From: Octopus sinensis
Lineage: Eukaryota
Assembly (NCBI RefSeq): GCF_006345805.1
Contig: NC_043004.1
Coordinates: 105,896,001 to 105,960,000, forward strand
Direction: 5' to 3'
Length of the DNA stretch: 64,000 nucleotides
Positions 23,765-35,060 of the stretch are shown piece by piece. The notes below the pieces were generated by a model. It was not told where the DNA came from, did not search any database, and saw only the letters and a list, made by a program, of their open reading frames with translations. Positions within the stretch are counted from its first letter, which is position 1. Every line of letters begins with the position of its first letter. Made by a program: the position numbers and the translations under genes.

Positions 23765-23925
23765 CAACTGGCTTCTTTCAGTTTCCATCTAACAAATTCA
23801 GGCACAAGACTTTGGTCAGCCCAAGATTAGAGTAGAAGACACTCGTCCAAGGTGCTATGCAGTGGGACTGAACCCAGAACCATGTGGTTGGGAAGCAAGC
23901 TTCTTACCACACATCCATGCCTACA
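23765..23925 (-). mobile_element. SINE family A, 5' half
   Basis: Reverse complement of head and core. Confidence 0.85.
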
Positions 23926-24324
23926 CATTAGAGTATAAATTCTCAGGATCTATGCATATCTATGAAGAATTACTCTGAATTCTTGCATTCCCGATTCTCC
24001 TATTTTTCTTCTTTATTTATATATTTCTTGACTCACTTTTATAAAGCTATTTCATAAATGCTTTGATGCCAATAACAACTGCCTATCCATCTTTTATTTT
24101 ATCTTGCTTTCATCAGCTCCACTGGTACATTACCTATACCCAACTCTTGTTTGCATGAATTCCTTCTCCCTTTGATTGACATTGGATCTTGGGTATTTAG
24201 TCCACTCTGAGCACTTGTTTGTATCTACCATATGCCGTTTTCTGATTTGTTTCCATCCTTTTATATAAAAATAAACATGTATGTACAGATATCTGGCAAG
24301 TGTTTGTCTGTTACTCAGTGTAAA

Positions 24325-24585
24325 TAATAATAATAATAGTAACAAACTCATTGTATATAGTAATCAGCAGAAAAAGCAGCCAAAAGTGCATGAACAGTAC
24401 ATAGAATATGCACAGGAAGTGAACAGTGGATGAGTCACTAGAAAAAAACGTAGGGAATGGACATTAGGTGTACTATTGGTGAATTTGGGGAAATATGGAA
24501 GTTTCGAAGGATGCAGTGTCCCGACAGCTAACAAGTGATGCCAGTAGTTTATTCTGTGCTTCAGCAATTCTAAGAGTAAAAATAC
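24325..24585 (-). mobile_element. Old CR1-like LINE 3' fragment
   Basis: GGAAGTTTCGAAGGATGCAGTGTC...GCTTCAGCAATTCT matches the 3' end of the other copies; (AAT)n tail at 24325. Confidence 0.65.
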
Positions 24586-24666
24586 GTTTGTGTGTGTATG
24601 TACAAACCTAATATTTAGCATTGACTGTATGTAAGCTAATGCCTTTTTTCTCTGTCTTTACTTCAG

Positions 24667-24784
24667 CCTCAAGATGCAGAGGAGACATGTATCGTCCATA
24701 ACTTCCAGCCCCATCGTGTAGTCCAACCTCACCAATGCCTTGTGTGTAAAAAAATAATATGGAACCAAGGTAGTTCCTGCGTAG
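24667..24784 (+). CDS. Internal coding exon, N-terminal part of an atypical C1 (zinc-finger) domain; tensin-like host gene
   Basis: Branch-like CTAAT (24636-40), polypyrimidine tract and TTCAG acceptor; donor TAG|GTAAGT at 24785. Stop-free, phase 0 to 1: PQDAEETCIVHNFQPHRVVQPHQCLVCKKIIWNQGSSCV+G, giving H-X12-C-X2-C-X10-C. Confidence 0.9.
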
Positions 24785-25636
24785 GTAAGTAAACTTTGTG
24801 TATGGTATTGGCCCTGCCTCTTTGGCATCACTGATTTGACACTGACTTATTTAACTTAAGATGTTTCAATGTTTCTCTCATTTTCTCTCCCCTCTTCTCT
24901 CCTTCTGCCTCTCTTTATGTGTATGAGAAGGAAAGTGATGATGTCAGTTGTGTTCAATCAATAAATTGTAATGTCTCTCTCTCCCTCTCTCTCTCCCCCC
25001 TCTCTCCAGTGCCAAAAATTATTGCCACTAAAACAAGTTCAGTGTCCAGTCAGCAATGCCAAGTCGTCAGCGTCCAAACAGTAGCATCTAACATCTCATT
25101 CCAATCTTTATATTGGAATAATCATATATCTCTCCGTAAAAAAAAAAAAAACCTTGTATATCCATTTTGAATCTGTGAAGTATTCCTTGACAAATGTTGA
25201 AGTGAAATGACACCATAAGCCTTCAGTTCCAAATCAAAAGAAGCTGGCATTTCTTTTTATGTGTTTGGATGTATGGAAAGCTTCTTTAATTTTTAATTTT
25301 ACAGAAACTCAGTTCATTTCACAGTCAGAAATAGATATCAGACTATCTAAGAAAGGTTCCTAAGATAGATTGTGGTCTCGTCCAACAAAAAACCTTTAAT
25401 TTTTTTCTGCTACACCACCAGTCTTTACTACTTCTAATACTTAAAAAATATTTACACCTAATGTGTACTTGTTATATATATTTTATGTAAAATGGTAAAT
25501 AGTAAAGTCAGAATATAACAGTCCACTGCTGGAAATATCCTTCTTCATTCATGAAAGGTTTTAGTTGTATCAATCCATTAACTTGACAATGACTGAGCAT
25601 TCTGTCAGTCTTGATACTCATTTTGGTCAGCTAAGT

Positions 25637-25857
25637 CATCATCATCATCATTTAACTTTCGTTTTCCATGCTGGCATAAGTTGGACAGTTTGACTGAAAA
25701 CTGATAAGCCAGGGAGCTGCACTAGGTTCCAATCTGATTTGGCAGGGTTTCTATGGCTGGATGCCCTTTCTAATGCCAACCACTCTGAGAGTGTAATGGG
25801 TGTTTTTTACATGCCACTGACACAGGTGCCATTGACCTGACGCCAGCATTGACCATA
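25637..25857 (-). mobile_element. Family C
   Basis: Reverse complement of tail and core. Confidence 0.87.
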
Positions 25858-25897
25858 ATGTTCTGGATTAATTTGAAGTCAAAGACATACTGCACCT

Positions 25898-26360
25898 CAT
25901 TATCATCATCATCATCGTTTAACGTCCGTTTTCCATGCTAGCATGGGTTGGATGGTTTGACCGAGGTCTGGGAAGCCAGGAGGCTGCACCAGGCTTCAGT
26001 CTGATCTGGCAGTGTTTCTACAGCTGGATGCCCTTCCTAATGCCAACCACTCCGTGAGTGTAGTGGGTGCTTTTTACATGCCACCAGCACAGGTGCCAAG
26101 GAAGGCTGGCAACAGCCATGATCGGTTGGTGCTTTTTACGTGCCACCGGCATGGAAGCCAGTCAAGGTGGCGCTGGCATCGACCACATACGGATGGTGGT
26201 TTTTTTAAATGCCACCGGTACAGGTGCCAAGGGAGGCTGGTAACGGCCACGATCGGTTGGTGGTTTTTATGTGCCACCGACACAGAAGCCAGTCAAGGCA
26301 GCGCTAGCATCAGCCACATAAGGATGGTGCTTTTTACATGTCACCAGCACAGGTGCCAGG
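25898..26360 (-). mobile_element. Family C with a five-module 5' repeat array
   Basis: Tail and core 25898-26070, then ABABA modules each starting GGTGCTTTTTAC.TGCCACC. Confidence 0.9.
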
Positions 26361-26457
26361 ATAACTCAAACTCATAACCTCATTACTAAGAACCTTAAGG
26401 CAGCAAGCTGAAAGAATTGTTAATGAAGTCTGACAAAATGTTGTTGTTGCTCATTTC

Positions 26458-26720
26458 TTCTCAAGCCATGCCTGGCTCATAAGGGCCGGTTTCCCGGTAT
26501 CATTGGCATATAAGTTCCCTACCTGGACAGGATGCCGATCTGCTACAGGTAAGCTGCTGGATGCAAGGGGAAAGAGTGAAAGAAAGTTGTGGCAAAAGAA
26601 TCAGCAGAAGTTCTGCCGGAGCTGCATGGAGCTTAGGTGTTTCGCTCATAAACACACACATCACCTGGTCTGAGATTTGAATACATGATCCCTCGACTTC
26701 TCTAACCACCAGGCCATGTG
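26458..26720 (-). mobile_element. tRNA SINE, head Y with V-domain-like tail
   Basis: Collinear with 16975-17250. Confidence 0.85.
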
Positions 26721-26990
26721 CCCCCACTGACAAAAATGCTTAGCAGCATTGTTTTCCAAGATTATGAACAAAGCAATACAACATATCTATTTTCATTTGA
26801 ACATATTTCTAGAATCTCATAACAATATTTTTCAGAAATTCAGGTTTTTTTAAATCCTGCCAAGGTCAACTTTATCTTTCATCCTTTCAAAGTTGATAAA
26901 ATATGCACCAGTTGACCACTAGGATTGATATGATCGACTTAGCCACCTCCCTCAAATTGTTGGTCTTGTGCCAAAATTTAAAACCATTAT
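26720..26990 (+). mobile_element. SINE family B, fragmented
   Basis: Head fragment at 26720-26760 and core plus tail at 26865-26990. Confidence 0.7.
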
Positions 26991-27445
26991 CAAGATGCCA
27001 GTTTCCTAACCTCTAAGCCCTGTATCTTCTCATTTCTCATCTCCTCCTCATTCACTATTTTTACTTTACCAAGGTATTTGAAATTTATACTCTTCACAAA
27101 GTTCTAAATATGCCCTCATTCCACAGTTACTATAGTATTCATTAAGGTCACATACACCACTCCCAGCAACTGCTCTGCTCCTAAAGTTCTACATGTGCTT
27201 ACCCCACCAAGCAGTTACTGTATTGTTTACTGATTCCTACGTATAATCTCTCTCAGTTAATACCTTATAAATGATGATTCACATGTTCTCTACATTTTTA
27301 CCATGCATACTTGTACAGGTACTAACTTCTACATGCATACTTGTATAGGTACTGAATTGTCCTTGAAACCTCATACACATGCCTGATTGGTGTACTCTGG
27401 CACGCATGAGCTTCCAAAATTATTTTACAACATCTTTTGATCTAC

Positions 27446-27605
27446 CAGTTGTGTAGCTAGAGTGTGTGATACCTGGAGAAGCCCTTGAGTTTCCCCACCT
27501 CTGTAGGCCCTGAAGCCTTCACAAATTTATCCAGCAGACCCAAAAGTGCCACCCCATAAAAGCATCACCCAGAGTAGACTGCTCCCTACCCAAGTAATGC
27601 TACTG
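27446..27605. mobile_element. ~160-bp MITE with CAGTRGCRTAGC-type termini
   Basis: Shares GCCCTTGAGTTTCC, CAGACC.AAAAGT and ATAAAAG..CCCAGAG with 55984-56147 and ~8986-9150. Confidence 0.5.
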
Positions 27606-27654
27606 TGGTGACCCTTGTAATATTCTTTAGAAGCACACAGTCCGTACTGTAAAG

Positions 27655-27839
27655 TAGTTGATGTTAGAAAGATCATCCAACCATAAAGTCCCATGCTAAA
27701 GTAAAGAGGTTGGTGTCAGCAAGGGCATCCAGCCATAAAAACCATGCCAGAGCAGACACTGAAACTCCATGTGATCCTTGAGACACATTGGACCCTATCA
27801 AACTGTCCAACCCATACTAGTATGGAAAATGGACAGCAA

Positions 27840-27885
<46 letters not shown>

Positions 27886-27900
27886 CGACGACGATAATGA
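27655..27900 (+). mobile_element. Family C, diverged, with (GAT)n tail
   Basis: GGTTGGTGTCAGCAAGGGCATCCAGCC core and tail. Confidence 0.8.
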
Positions 27901-28339
27901 TGATTCTTTAAGGGCCATTACAATATATATGAGTCCATTTTACTCTTCGCTCTGACTGATATACACATTCATTGAACTCCTTCAATTGAAGGGCAAGGAT
28001 CGAACTGTTAACCTTTGGATTTATACCAAATGTATTTTATTTATTTGAGTTGTAAAAATCCTGTTGAAACAGACACAGAAGTCTGATGCAGGCTTCTGCC
28101 TTGCTGACTCTTGTGGTACCATTCCGCCCATGCCAGCATGGAAGACAGATGTTAAACGATGACAATGATGATGATGATATTCTTAAGAGAAGAAAAGCAA
28201 GAATATTACGTGTGGGTGTATGTAGTGGGGTGTTTCCTGGATTACAAGAGTTTAGTCAGTTGGTAAAGGAAATTGGTATGGTTAATACCAATTGGTTAAT
28301 TTTTGTTAGAATGAGGGTGAAGGGCAGACAGAAGCGTTT

Positions 28340-28605
28340 GGATGTTGGGCAAAATGCTTAGCAGTATTTCATCCATTTTAATGTTCTGAGTTCAAATGCC
28401 ATCAGGGTCAACTTTGCCTTTTTACCTTTCAGGGTCAATAAAATAAGTACTAGATGAGTACTGGAGGTCAATGTAATCGACTAGCCTGCTCCCCTGAACT
28501 TGTTGGCCTTGGGCCAAAATTTGAAACCAATATTTGGTAAAATTAAGGTGGCAAGCTGGCAGAATTGTTAGCATGCTTGGTGAAATGCTTAGCGATATTT
28601 TGGTA
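28340..28605 (+). mobile_element. SINE family B plus an adjacent head fragment
   Basis: Full core and tail 28340-28530; second head 28545-28605. Confidence 0.85.
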
Positions 28606-29362
28606 ACAGTTTATGAAGACAAGTTTCTCAATCAAGATTGCTGAAAGAAAATAGAGCTCATTAGTGAATGAATTTATAATTAGAGGGGCTGGATGTTAAC
28701 CTAATAATTTAATGAGAGAATTCCTGAAAAGTATGCCATCCACAAGCATAGTTAGGTGGGGTTTGGTAGGAGTGATCAGTCCCAGGTGACACTATAGGGT
28801 CTGCTGTAGGCAATATATGTTTTTTAATGGGGTCCAGGGGCAACAAACAGAAGGGCCACTCAAGCTACACTAGTGATGCAATCCATTTATGAAACTAACA
28901 TATCTTACCAATGAAACTGTACTAATGAAGCTATAGTATTTAATAAGTAATAGTTTTGTTCTCTCTCAAAAATTGGTTATCAATAAGTAAAGAATTAAGA
29001 AAGGAAAACAAACAGAAATATCTCTGATATTTGTGAAAGGATTTTCCATTCAGAATATTGAACTTTTGAACCTGTCTGCTTATGAGAAATGGGGGTTCTT
29101 TTTATCTCTTCACTAACCCCACCCAACAGGAGGGCTTTATACTGTTATCACTTTGAGTTCTATGAGGGGAAAAGGAGCAGAACAGGGTGGAGTGAATGCC
29201 ACCCACTCCCTCAACGACCACCACCAGTTCAGATACAAAGGTTAATATAGAAATTAATCAGTAAGGGCAGGTAAAAATATGGATAGACAGTTGGGTGGGG
29301 GAAGTGGTTTCCAACCTTGTTTTCTAGCAGATCCCTCACCTATTTCAGGTAAATGTGTGTGC

Positions 29363-29397
<35 letters not shown>

Positions 29398-30044
29398 GTG
29401 TGCATGTATGTGTGCATGTGTATGATGAGAGAGAGAAAGAACAGTTTTTAGCATAAGAAAAGTGTTTAAATGTCAGGCCAACTGAAATTGAGGGAAACAC
29501 AACCATAAACACACATACACACACACACACACATACACACACACATACACACACACATACACACACACACACACTCACTCATTTACTCACTCACGCACAC
29601 ACTCACTCACTCACGCACACGCACACACACATGCACACATACACACACACATGTACACATGCACACATGCACAGATATACACACATTCAAACACATGCAC
29701 ATACACACATACAGACATACACTCAAACACACACACACGCACACGCATGCACACGCAAGCATGCACACACACACACAAATTTCCAAGTAGAAACTTGAAC
29801 CCAGTACAGAGGACTCAACGTGTCAAACATCAAAAATATATTCTTATTGTTAATGTCTGCAAATTCTCCATTGCTTCAGTTTTATTGCCAAAGAAGCAAT
29901 CATCAGATGGTATATCAATAAAGAAATGTTTTGAAAGCATTTAAGCCATTTGTTTGTTCATATACCATCTGTTGACAGCCTATGTGGGAAGAAATTCAAA
30001 GTAATGGAAAAATAGTTAACTTTGATAATAGATGCCACATTAAA

Positions 30045-30270
30045 AGCGCTGGTGCTGTGCCACATAAAAAGGCACACATGCTGGTGCCACTTTAAAACCC
30101 CTCAGTACACTTTGTAAAATAGTTGGCATTAGAAAGGGTATGCAGCCAAAGAAACCATGCCAGAACAGACGATGGTGCTTGGTGCAGCCCTTGGCCTTAC
30201 CAGCTCCAGTCAAAGTGTCTAACCCATACCAGCATGGAAAATGGACATTAAATGGTGATGATGATGATGA
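30045..30270 (+). mobile_element. Family C
   Basis: Core and CCAGCATGGAAAATGGACATTAAA(TGA)n tail. Confidence 0.82.
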
Positions 30271-30754
30271 TGCTGGTGGTGGTGGTGGTGGTGTCATCGG
30301 CGGCAGCAGTGGTAGGGAAGATGGTGATGGTGATGATGATGATGATGATGATGATACACAATCACAGCTTTCACTCACAAGCAAGTGTAACTTGGCAGTG
30401 TGTACCATGCTTTAACTAATTGTTTCAGGTGCCCATGTAGTCACAAGTCACCCAGTCAGCCCTCTAATCCCTGATCCCTGATCCAGCAGATCATCCAAAA
30501 CATGACAGCTTGAAGTGAAGAATACTATGCCAGCACTCACCTGGTGCAGCCCTCGTTTCATTTCAACCGATTAGATTGGAACAAGGTGAGATGAAGTGTC
30601 TTGCTCAAGGGTACATACAACATGCTGCCTGCTTCAAAAACCAAACCCAAAACCCTATAATCATGAGCCCAACATCCTTAAGCCATACACATTCCTGTAT
30701 ACACACGCATTCATATGCATGTGTGTATACATGTTATATTTTGCAAAAGCATGT

Positions 30755-30900
30755 CTAAGAACGAGGAGATATTACCTTGGTTGGAAGCAGATGAAGATTG
30801 GTGACAAGAAGAGCATCAGGTTGTAGAAAATCTATCTCTATCTGACCCATGCTGACATTCAAATGTGAATGTTAAAATGGTGATGATGACGATGATGATG
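30755..30900 (+). mobile_element. SINE family D, 3' part
   Basis: GAGATATTACCTTGGTTGGAAGCAG..GATTGGTGACAAGAAGAGCATC. Confidence 0.65.
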
Positions 30901-31204
30901 ATAATGATGATGATCATCATCATCATTATCATCATCCTCATAATCATGATGACGATGAGGAGGAGGATGGTTATGATGATATATTGACATGTGATGAATA
31001 GCAGCAGTATAAAAAGAGTTCTGTGTGTGTTCAAAGTAGAAGAGACAGGCTAAGCAAGTCAGAAGATGAAATGGTAAAGACGTTCTCAAGAAGCTAATCC
31101 TCATAAAAGGAGATGACATAGGACCATGACCCTTGATCCTTCACTTAATTTCCTTCTGGTTGAAAACCATACTGTATTATATTACTCATGTATGCTGCAT
31201 ACTG

Positions 31205-31400
31205 GTTTCAGATTTTGGCACAAGGCCAGCAAATTCAGGAAAGGTAGCAAGTCAATTACATTAACCCCAGGGCTCAACCGGTACTTATTTTATTGATCCC
31301 AAAAGGATGAAATGTGAAGTAAACCTCAGTGGAATTTGAACTCAGAACATAAAGATGGATGAAACACTACAAAGCATTTTCCCCAGCTCACCACCTTACG
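31205..31400 (-). mobile_element. SINE family B
   Basis: Reverse complement of the family B consensus. Confidence 0.85.
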
Positions 31401-31622
31401 ATGTATGCCACATGCTACCATTTTTCTGTACAAAGAGAGAAACCTTTTTGTTGTTAACATATACAGCATTTTTCTAACCATCTTATGGAGATGCAGTGAA
31501 CCAGGAGGAAAGGGTCAGTGATGTCAATGGCTGAGAGGCCCTACCGGAAGAGGAAGGGTCAGTGACCTTAAGTGGGTAGAAGTAGGACCAGCATGAGTGT
31601 TCTTTGGATTTGGGCAGTAGGG

Positions 31623-31892
31623 GCAGAATGATGCCATGCAGACATGTGAGCTAGAAAGGGAATTTGCTGTAGGTTCTAGTGATAGGTTAGACAGGTAGGG
31701 TTCATCTCAGATATAACCCAGTTGGACAGTCAACACTGAGAAGAAGGTGAATCACAACAGTTTCTCATATTTCTCAACCCTCCCTCTCTCTCTCTCTCTC
31801 AAACTATTACTAATTAATAATTACTAACCACATTTCCAGTGCTAATTATGACTTTTTCTTTTTATGATTTAATCAAAATAGGTAAGACAGTG
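31623..31892. repeat. Local direct repeat, copy 1 (~270 bp)
   Basis: Highly similar to 32983-33248, including the (CT)n tract and AT-rich flank. Confidence 0.95.
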
Positions 31893-32285
31893 CTCATAAC
31901 TTTTTTGCAGGATCCCTGAAACCTGGGGGAAATGGAGAAAAGTGCTTATAGGTTACAATGAGTAGGAAGCAGTTTGTTTAGATACACAGTTATGAATTAG
32001 TCCGAGTAACCAAACTGGACTATTTTTGTAAACCATTTCAGTTATCCATTTTTCTTAATTCCTATCTATTTATTCAGTTACTGTATTCTTGTATAAAGGT
32101 ATACAAGTGTTATGTGTCTAACTGTCCAGTGATACTGAACAAATCCTGTACATGTGAGATATTTTCTGGTTTAGAAAAGCATTGATAAAAACACATGCAA
32201 AGCAGATATTTTATATGATTTTCCTTCAGTGAATATTTTTTCTAAATCCTCTCTCATCCAATTTTTTTCCATGTTTTTTTTGTAG

Positions 32286-32323
32286 ATTGTCACATTATTT
32301 GTCACAGGAAATGTGAAACAGAG
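32286..32323 (+). CDS. 38-nt coding microexon continuing the C1 domain
   Basis: T-rich tract and TGTAG acceptor; donor GAG|GTAGGT. Phase 1 to 0; with the upstream G it reads DCHIICHRKCETE, completing C-X2-C-X4-H-X2-C in frame with 24667-24784. Confidence 0.9.
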
Positions 32324-32394
32324 GTAGGTAAAATTTTAACTAAATAATTTTGTTTTCTTTACCAAATAGGGTGGGTTTTATTTTTATTTTCATC

Positions 32395-32590
32395 TTTCAC
32401 TTGTTTCAGTCACAGGGTTGTGGTCATGCTGGGGCACTGCCTTGGAGGATTTTAGTTGAACAAATCAACCTCAGTACTTTTTTTAAGTCTGGAACTATTG
32501 GTCTTTTTTGTCAAACCATTAAGTTAGAGGGATGTAAACAAGCCAACACTGGTTTCAAGCAGTGGCAGGGGGACAAACACAGAAACATGC
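32395..32590 (-). mobile_element. SINE family A, 3' half, 70 bp downstream of the C1 microexon
   Basis: CTTGTTTCAGTCA...GGTCATGCTGGGGCACTGCC tail motif. Confidence 0.82.
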
Positions 32591-32982
32591 TCACACATAT
32601 TCACATATATATGATAATGATAATTGTCCATTGTTGTCGACGATGAATAAGGACATCACATGGGAGAAGAAGATGGGTCACAGTGTGTCCAGCTGTGGCC
32701 AATCAGGCTGAGGTATGCTCAAAAGGTTCTGCTACAGGTCGAACACTGGTGGTCTTCTGGGAATGAAGGCAAGGAGTTGGCTCAGGACTTGTGCAGCTCG
32801 TGTTTGCTTTGTGCTCCTGCAATCCTATTCTGTTCACAGAAGGTGGCACCACTGTTGGTGCAGCTATGCTAGTCAGGGCAGCTAAACCATAGTGAGGGTA
32901 ACTGATGGTTTTCAACCTTCAGTGATCAAGGGCTTAACTACCTATGCATCTGAAGACTGAACCTGGTGGACTATGCAGAGAA

Positions 32983-33248
32983 GCAGAATGATACATGTAG
33001 ACGTGTGAGCCAGAAAGGGAATTTGCTGTAGGTTCTAGTGATAGGCTAGACAGGTAGGGTTCATCTCAGATATAACCCAGTTGGACAGTCAACACTGAGA
33101 AGAAGGTGAATCACAACAGTTTCTCATATCACTCAACCCTCCCTCCCTCTCTGTCTCTCAAACTATTACTAATTAATTATTACTCACCACATTTCCAGTG
33201 TTAATTAAGTCTTCTCTTTTTATGATTTAATCAAAACAGGGTACAGTG
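32983..33248. repeat. Local direct repeat, copy 2
   Basis: Offset 1360 bp from copy 1; the pair brackets the 38-nt microexon. Confidence 0.95.
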
Positions 33249-33672
33249 AGGAACAAAAGACACTGTGGCCACCCATTGCATCCCAACCTATCTCTAGTCA
33301 TCTTGACTTTGTCTTGCCACTGGAATCAGATAGGAATGGACAAGAGAGTGAGGCAGATGACATTGCACAACCCTCCCTCGTTTAAATCTATGTCACACAC
33401 AAGTCAAGACATCACACACATACATACAGTATACATACATACACACACATATACTACAGGATTCCACACAGTTTCTATCTATCAAATTCACTCACAAAGC
33501 ATTGGTTGGTCCAGGGCTATGGCAGAAGACACTTGCCCAATGTGCTATGCACCATAACATTCCATTGATATTCCTACCGATACCATAGATTATCAATGAT
33601 ATAGATGTTGTATCTGTGATTGGATTATGGGGAATAAGAGATGTTTGATTTTGATATTATCAACTGTGAAAA

Positions 33673-33888
33673 GGGCAATGAGCTGGCAGAAACGTTGGCA
33701 TGCCAGGCAAAATGCTTGGTGGTATTTCGTCTATCTTTACATTCTGAGTGCAAATTCTGCCTAGGTTGACTTTGCCCTTCATCCTTTTCGGGTTGATAAA
33801 TTAAGTACCAGTTGTATACTGAGGTCAATTTAATCGACTGGCCCCCATCTCCCCAAAAATTTCAGGCTTTGCACCTAGAGTAGGAAAG
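33673..33888 (+). mobile_element. SINE family B, full length with 17-bp TSD
   Basis: ATTATCAACTGTGAAAA at 33656-72 and 33889-905. Confidence 0.92.
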
Positions 33889-34044
33889 ATTATCAACTGT
33901 GAAAACAATTATATATGACTGGTTTCAATGGTTTACATGTTTAATAACAGGTAAAATAATGTGAGCTCAGCACACAGTTTCTGATCAATTTTTTGGTCAT
34001 ACATTTAATAGAAAGGTATGCCTATACAAGCGCAGGTATGGTAT

Positions 34045-34455
34045 AGGCACAGGTGTGGCTGTATTGTTAAGAAGCTTGCTTTTCACCAATGTGGTCTTGA
34101 GTTCAGTCCCACTGCAGGGCACCTTGGGCAAGTGTCTTCACCTATAGCCCCAGCCTGACCAACACCTTGGGAGTGGATTTGGTTACAGAAACAGAAAGAA
34201 CCACATTGTAACTGTGTGTGTTTGTGTATGTATGTGTGTTTGTCCTCCACCATAGCTTGACAACCAATCTTGGTTTGTTTATGTCCCTATAACTTAGCGC
34301 ATCATCAAAAAGAAACCGATGGAATAAGTATCAGCCTTAAAAATAAGTACTGGGTGGCGGAGAGGGGGGTTACTTTGTTCAACTTAACCCTTCAAGATGG
34401 TGCCCCAGCATGGCCACAATCAAATGACTGAAACAACCAAAAGACATAAAAAAGA
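34045..34455 (+). mobile_element. SINE family A, full length
   Basis: A/B boxes, core and tail present. Confidence 0.88.
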
Positions 34456-34652
34456 TTTATATTTATGACTTTATTCGTGACTGCAATTTCTTTTAGAACA
34501 TTTTTCTACTAAGTTTTCTTTTCTATACTTTGTGTGTGTGTGGTGGGGTGGAGGGTGTAATACAAATAATGAGTATTACTGTTGTTGTTACTGATACTTT
34601 GCTATGTTTACCTTGATCCTCTCTGTCCATAATGATGGCTCCTTTCCTTCAG

Positions 34653-34690
34653 CCGCAAAATATGTATGTCATCTGTGTTTTGTAAAGTTT
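34653..34690 (+). pseudogene. Candidate duplicated or relic version of the 38-nt C1 microexon
   Basis: CCTTTCCTTCAG acceptor and GTATGT exactly 38 nt later. Phase 1 reads AAKYVCHLCFVKF, with Cys-His at the same offset as the real exon; two Zn-ligand Cys are missing or shifted. Confidence 0.4.
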
Positions 34691-34904
34691 GTATGTCACT
34701 CGTGTTTTGATTTGATTTTCACTGAACTCATGAAATACCCTTCTTTATTGTACATTCTAAGGGGTGTGACTCTCATTGAGTTCACTTGGATAATTTTAAA
34801 GAAAAAAAATTAACTCCATTCATAGTAGTTTATTTACAATCTATTAGTTCAACAAGCAAGCTTGAATTTATTGCTAGTTAACTAAGATTGAACAGTAAAT
34901 ACAT

Positions 34905-35060
34905 CATCATCATCGTCAACATTAAACATCTTCCGTCCATGCTTGCGTGGGTTGGACAGGTTGTCACAATCCAATTGGCCCAAACACTGCACTGAGCTCC
35001 AGTGTTCCTTTTTGCATGGTTTCTTATGACAGAATATCTTCCTAATACCAATCACTTTAC
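34905..35060 (-). mobile_element. Family C, diverged
   Basis: Reverse complement of tail and core. Confidence 0.7.

Noticed and set aside
24680-24850. Minus-strand reading vaguely like the LINE RT motif KALVR
   Set aside because: Fragmentary and stop-interrupted; the + strand gives a full C1 exon with consensus splice sites.
26060-26360. CRISPR-like repeat-spacer array
   Set aside because: Spacers recur (ABABA), the array is fused to a eukaryotic SINE body, and there are no cas genes. Kept as a SINE finding instead.
28784-28797. 14-nt match to the SP6 promoter (AGGTGACACTATAG)
   Set aside because: The 5' ATTT is missing and no vector or polylinker sequence flanks it; treated as chance.
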